Of a stretch of 64,000 nucleotides of DNA, positions 62,811 through 64,000 are shown one piece after another. The position numbers and the translations under genes were made by a program. The stretch is from Takakia lepidozioides (Eukaryota > Plantae > Bryophyta): NCBI GenBank assembly GCA_030704615.1, contig CM060731.1, positions 72,106,001-72,170,000 of the forward strand. The letters are read 5' to 3'. Under the pieces are notes generated by a model that searched no databases, was not told the origin of the DNA, and worked only from the letters and a program-made list of their open reading frames with translations. How positions within the stretch are numbered: the first letter of the stretch is position 1; the number at the start of each line of letters is the position of its first letter.

Positions 62811-63302
62811 TGTCAAGTTAAATAAGCACAGTGTGAAAACAACTAGAATAAAGCTAGACAATAACGGCAATGAGGTTGCGGTTGGGGTGATGATGATGGG
62901 CAGAGGGGTGGGAGATGTGCAGTGGAGCTTAAATAGTATTAGGTCGTAATCTAATCCTGGTCCCGCGTGACACTTACATATAGGCCAGCCAGATGCCCTT
63001 CCGGCATAGCCATAGAAAGAAGCCAGATCACCCAAATCTATCCTAATCTAATCCTAAACTAGATGTTAGAATAAGACAACACCTAATAAAGTCATAAGCT
63101 GTTGCCAGCTCATCCTCATGCGCAAGGTGTAAGTTCATCCAGACTTCATCCTGGTTCCGTCCATCCCTAAATCATCTCGACACATCCCTCCTCCGTTCAT
63201 CCAAGTCGAACCCAGCTCCACAGCTTCCATCCCCTTTTCCCAAAAAATTATATATATATATATATATATATCTTGTCTTTCATCCATGTTCTCTCGATCC
63301 CT

Positions 63303-63311
63303 AAACCCTAA
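63303..63311 (+). promoter_or_regulatory. Telo-box upstream of DCAF13/SOF1
   Basis: AAACCCTAA lies ~140 bp upstream of the ATG of a ribosome-biogenesis gene, which is the typical context for this motif. Confidence 0.6.
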
Positions 63312-63449
63312 ACCCCAACCTTCGTCTTCAAGGTTTGCAAACGGTGGTATCCTGCAGCAACTCAAGCAAGCCGAAGATCAACGAGGCGTCATCACCCCTT
63401 CACGACTACTGTTGACACAGGAGAAGTACTTGCAATCGGAGGGTGGGAA

Positions 63450-63515
63450 ATGAAGGTGAAGGTGATCGCTCGTTCTGACGATGACTTTACCCGAGACCGT
63501 GGTCAAGACCTCCAG
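63450..63515 (+). CDS. DCAF13: Exon 1 of DDB1/CUL4-associated factor 13 (SOF1/WDSOF1); the gene continues beyond the window
   Basis: MKVKVIARSDDDFTRDRGQDLQ matches the conserved Sof1/DCAF13 N-terminus and is followed by a CAG|GT donor site. Confidence 0.85.
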
Positions 63516-64000
63516 GTTTGTCGGTTTCCTACTGCTGCCTTAGCTCCTGTTATTTGCCTTGTGAGGCCAGGCAATTGCTGCGTTTTTGTTTTCCAAAGCA
63601 GGCTTGGTAAATTGCAGGAAAGCTTTTGGGAATGACTGGGTTAGGTGTTATGGAAAGACTGTTATGCTACTAATCCATTCGGTTAAAAAATTTGTTTCGT
63701 AGACCTTTCTGAGGCAGGTGTTCTGGGAGATAGGATGGAATTTAAGGTTGGTTGCTATTGGGGTCGAGGGTTTTGCTATCTAGGCCACGTCTAATCGGTA
63801 CAATTGTAGACCATGTGAGCCGGGCATACCTTTGAGTGTATCGGAGTGGAACCGGATTAGGTGCAGGATGAAAACAGGCTAGTCTCCTCCATTGCCAAGT
63901 ATAAGTTGGGGTCCTTTACTGTATGGTCGGGTCTTGCTTCTCAGTCTTCTTCAGAGCTGGGGTCTTTGTTTTAAACGACAGCTGAATTGAATGCCCTATC

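Noticed and set aside
63301-63315. Interstitial telomere repeat
   Set aside because: Only about two units are present, which is better explained as a promoter telo-box.
63450-63635. 61-aa ORF as a complete protein
   Set aside because: Homology ends at the CAG|GT donor at 63515, and the remainder is intron read-through.

Overview
Eukaryotic, transposon-dense land-plant DNA. It looks bryophyte- or fern-like, but the species cannot be fixed from the sequence. Only two host genes look intact: a STIG1-family secreted Cys-rich peptide (29167-29598) and exon 1 of DCAF13/SOF1 at the right edge. The rest is nested, decayed mobile DNA: Ty3/Gypsy (including a chromovirus), Ty1/Copia, MULE with a Ulp1 protease, CACTA, hAT (DUF659), a DUF7869-type transposase, an RLE-type non-LTR element, tRNA-derived SINEs, MITE-like inserts and PPR pseudogenes carrying OSB/PDF motifs. 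Four things stand out. (1) A Gypsy-type polyprotein carries a complete DNMT3-like C5 cytosine methyltransferase in frame after the aspartic protease (37.5-40.1 kb). (2) Five CRISPR-looking arrays of ~51-bp-phased palindromes, most with a conserved leader, mark large cargo-carrying elements that include a protein kinase. (3) One Ulp1 gene was split by a CACTA insertion, and its halves with the matching 3-bp TSD now lie 22 kb apart in opposite orientation. (4) A MULE/Ulp1 element is saturated with a CAGACT hexamer, reminiscent of VANDAL anti-silencing target motifs. Coordinates of degenerate features are approximate and were read by eye.
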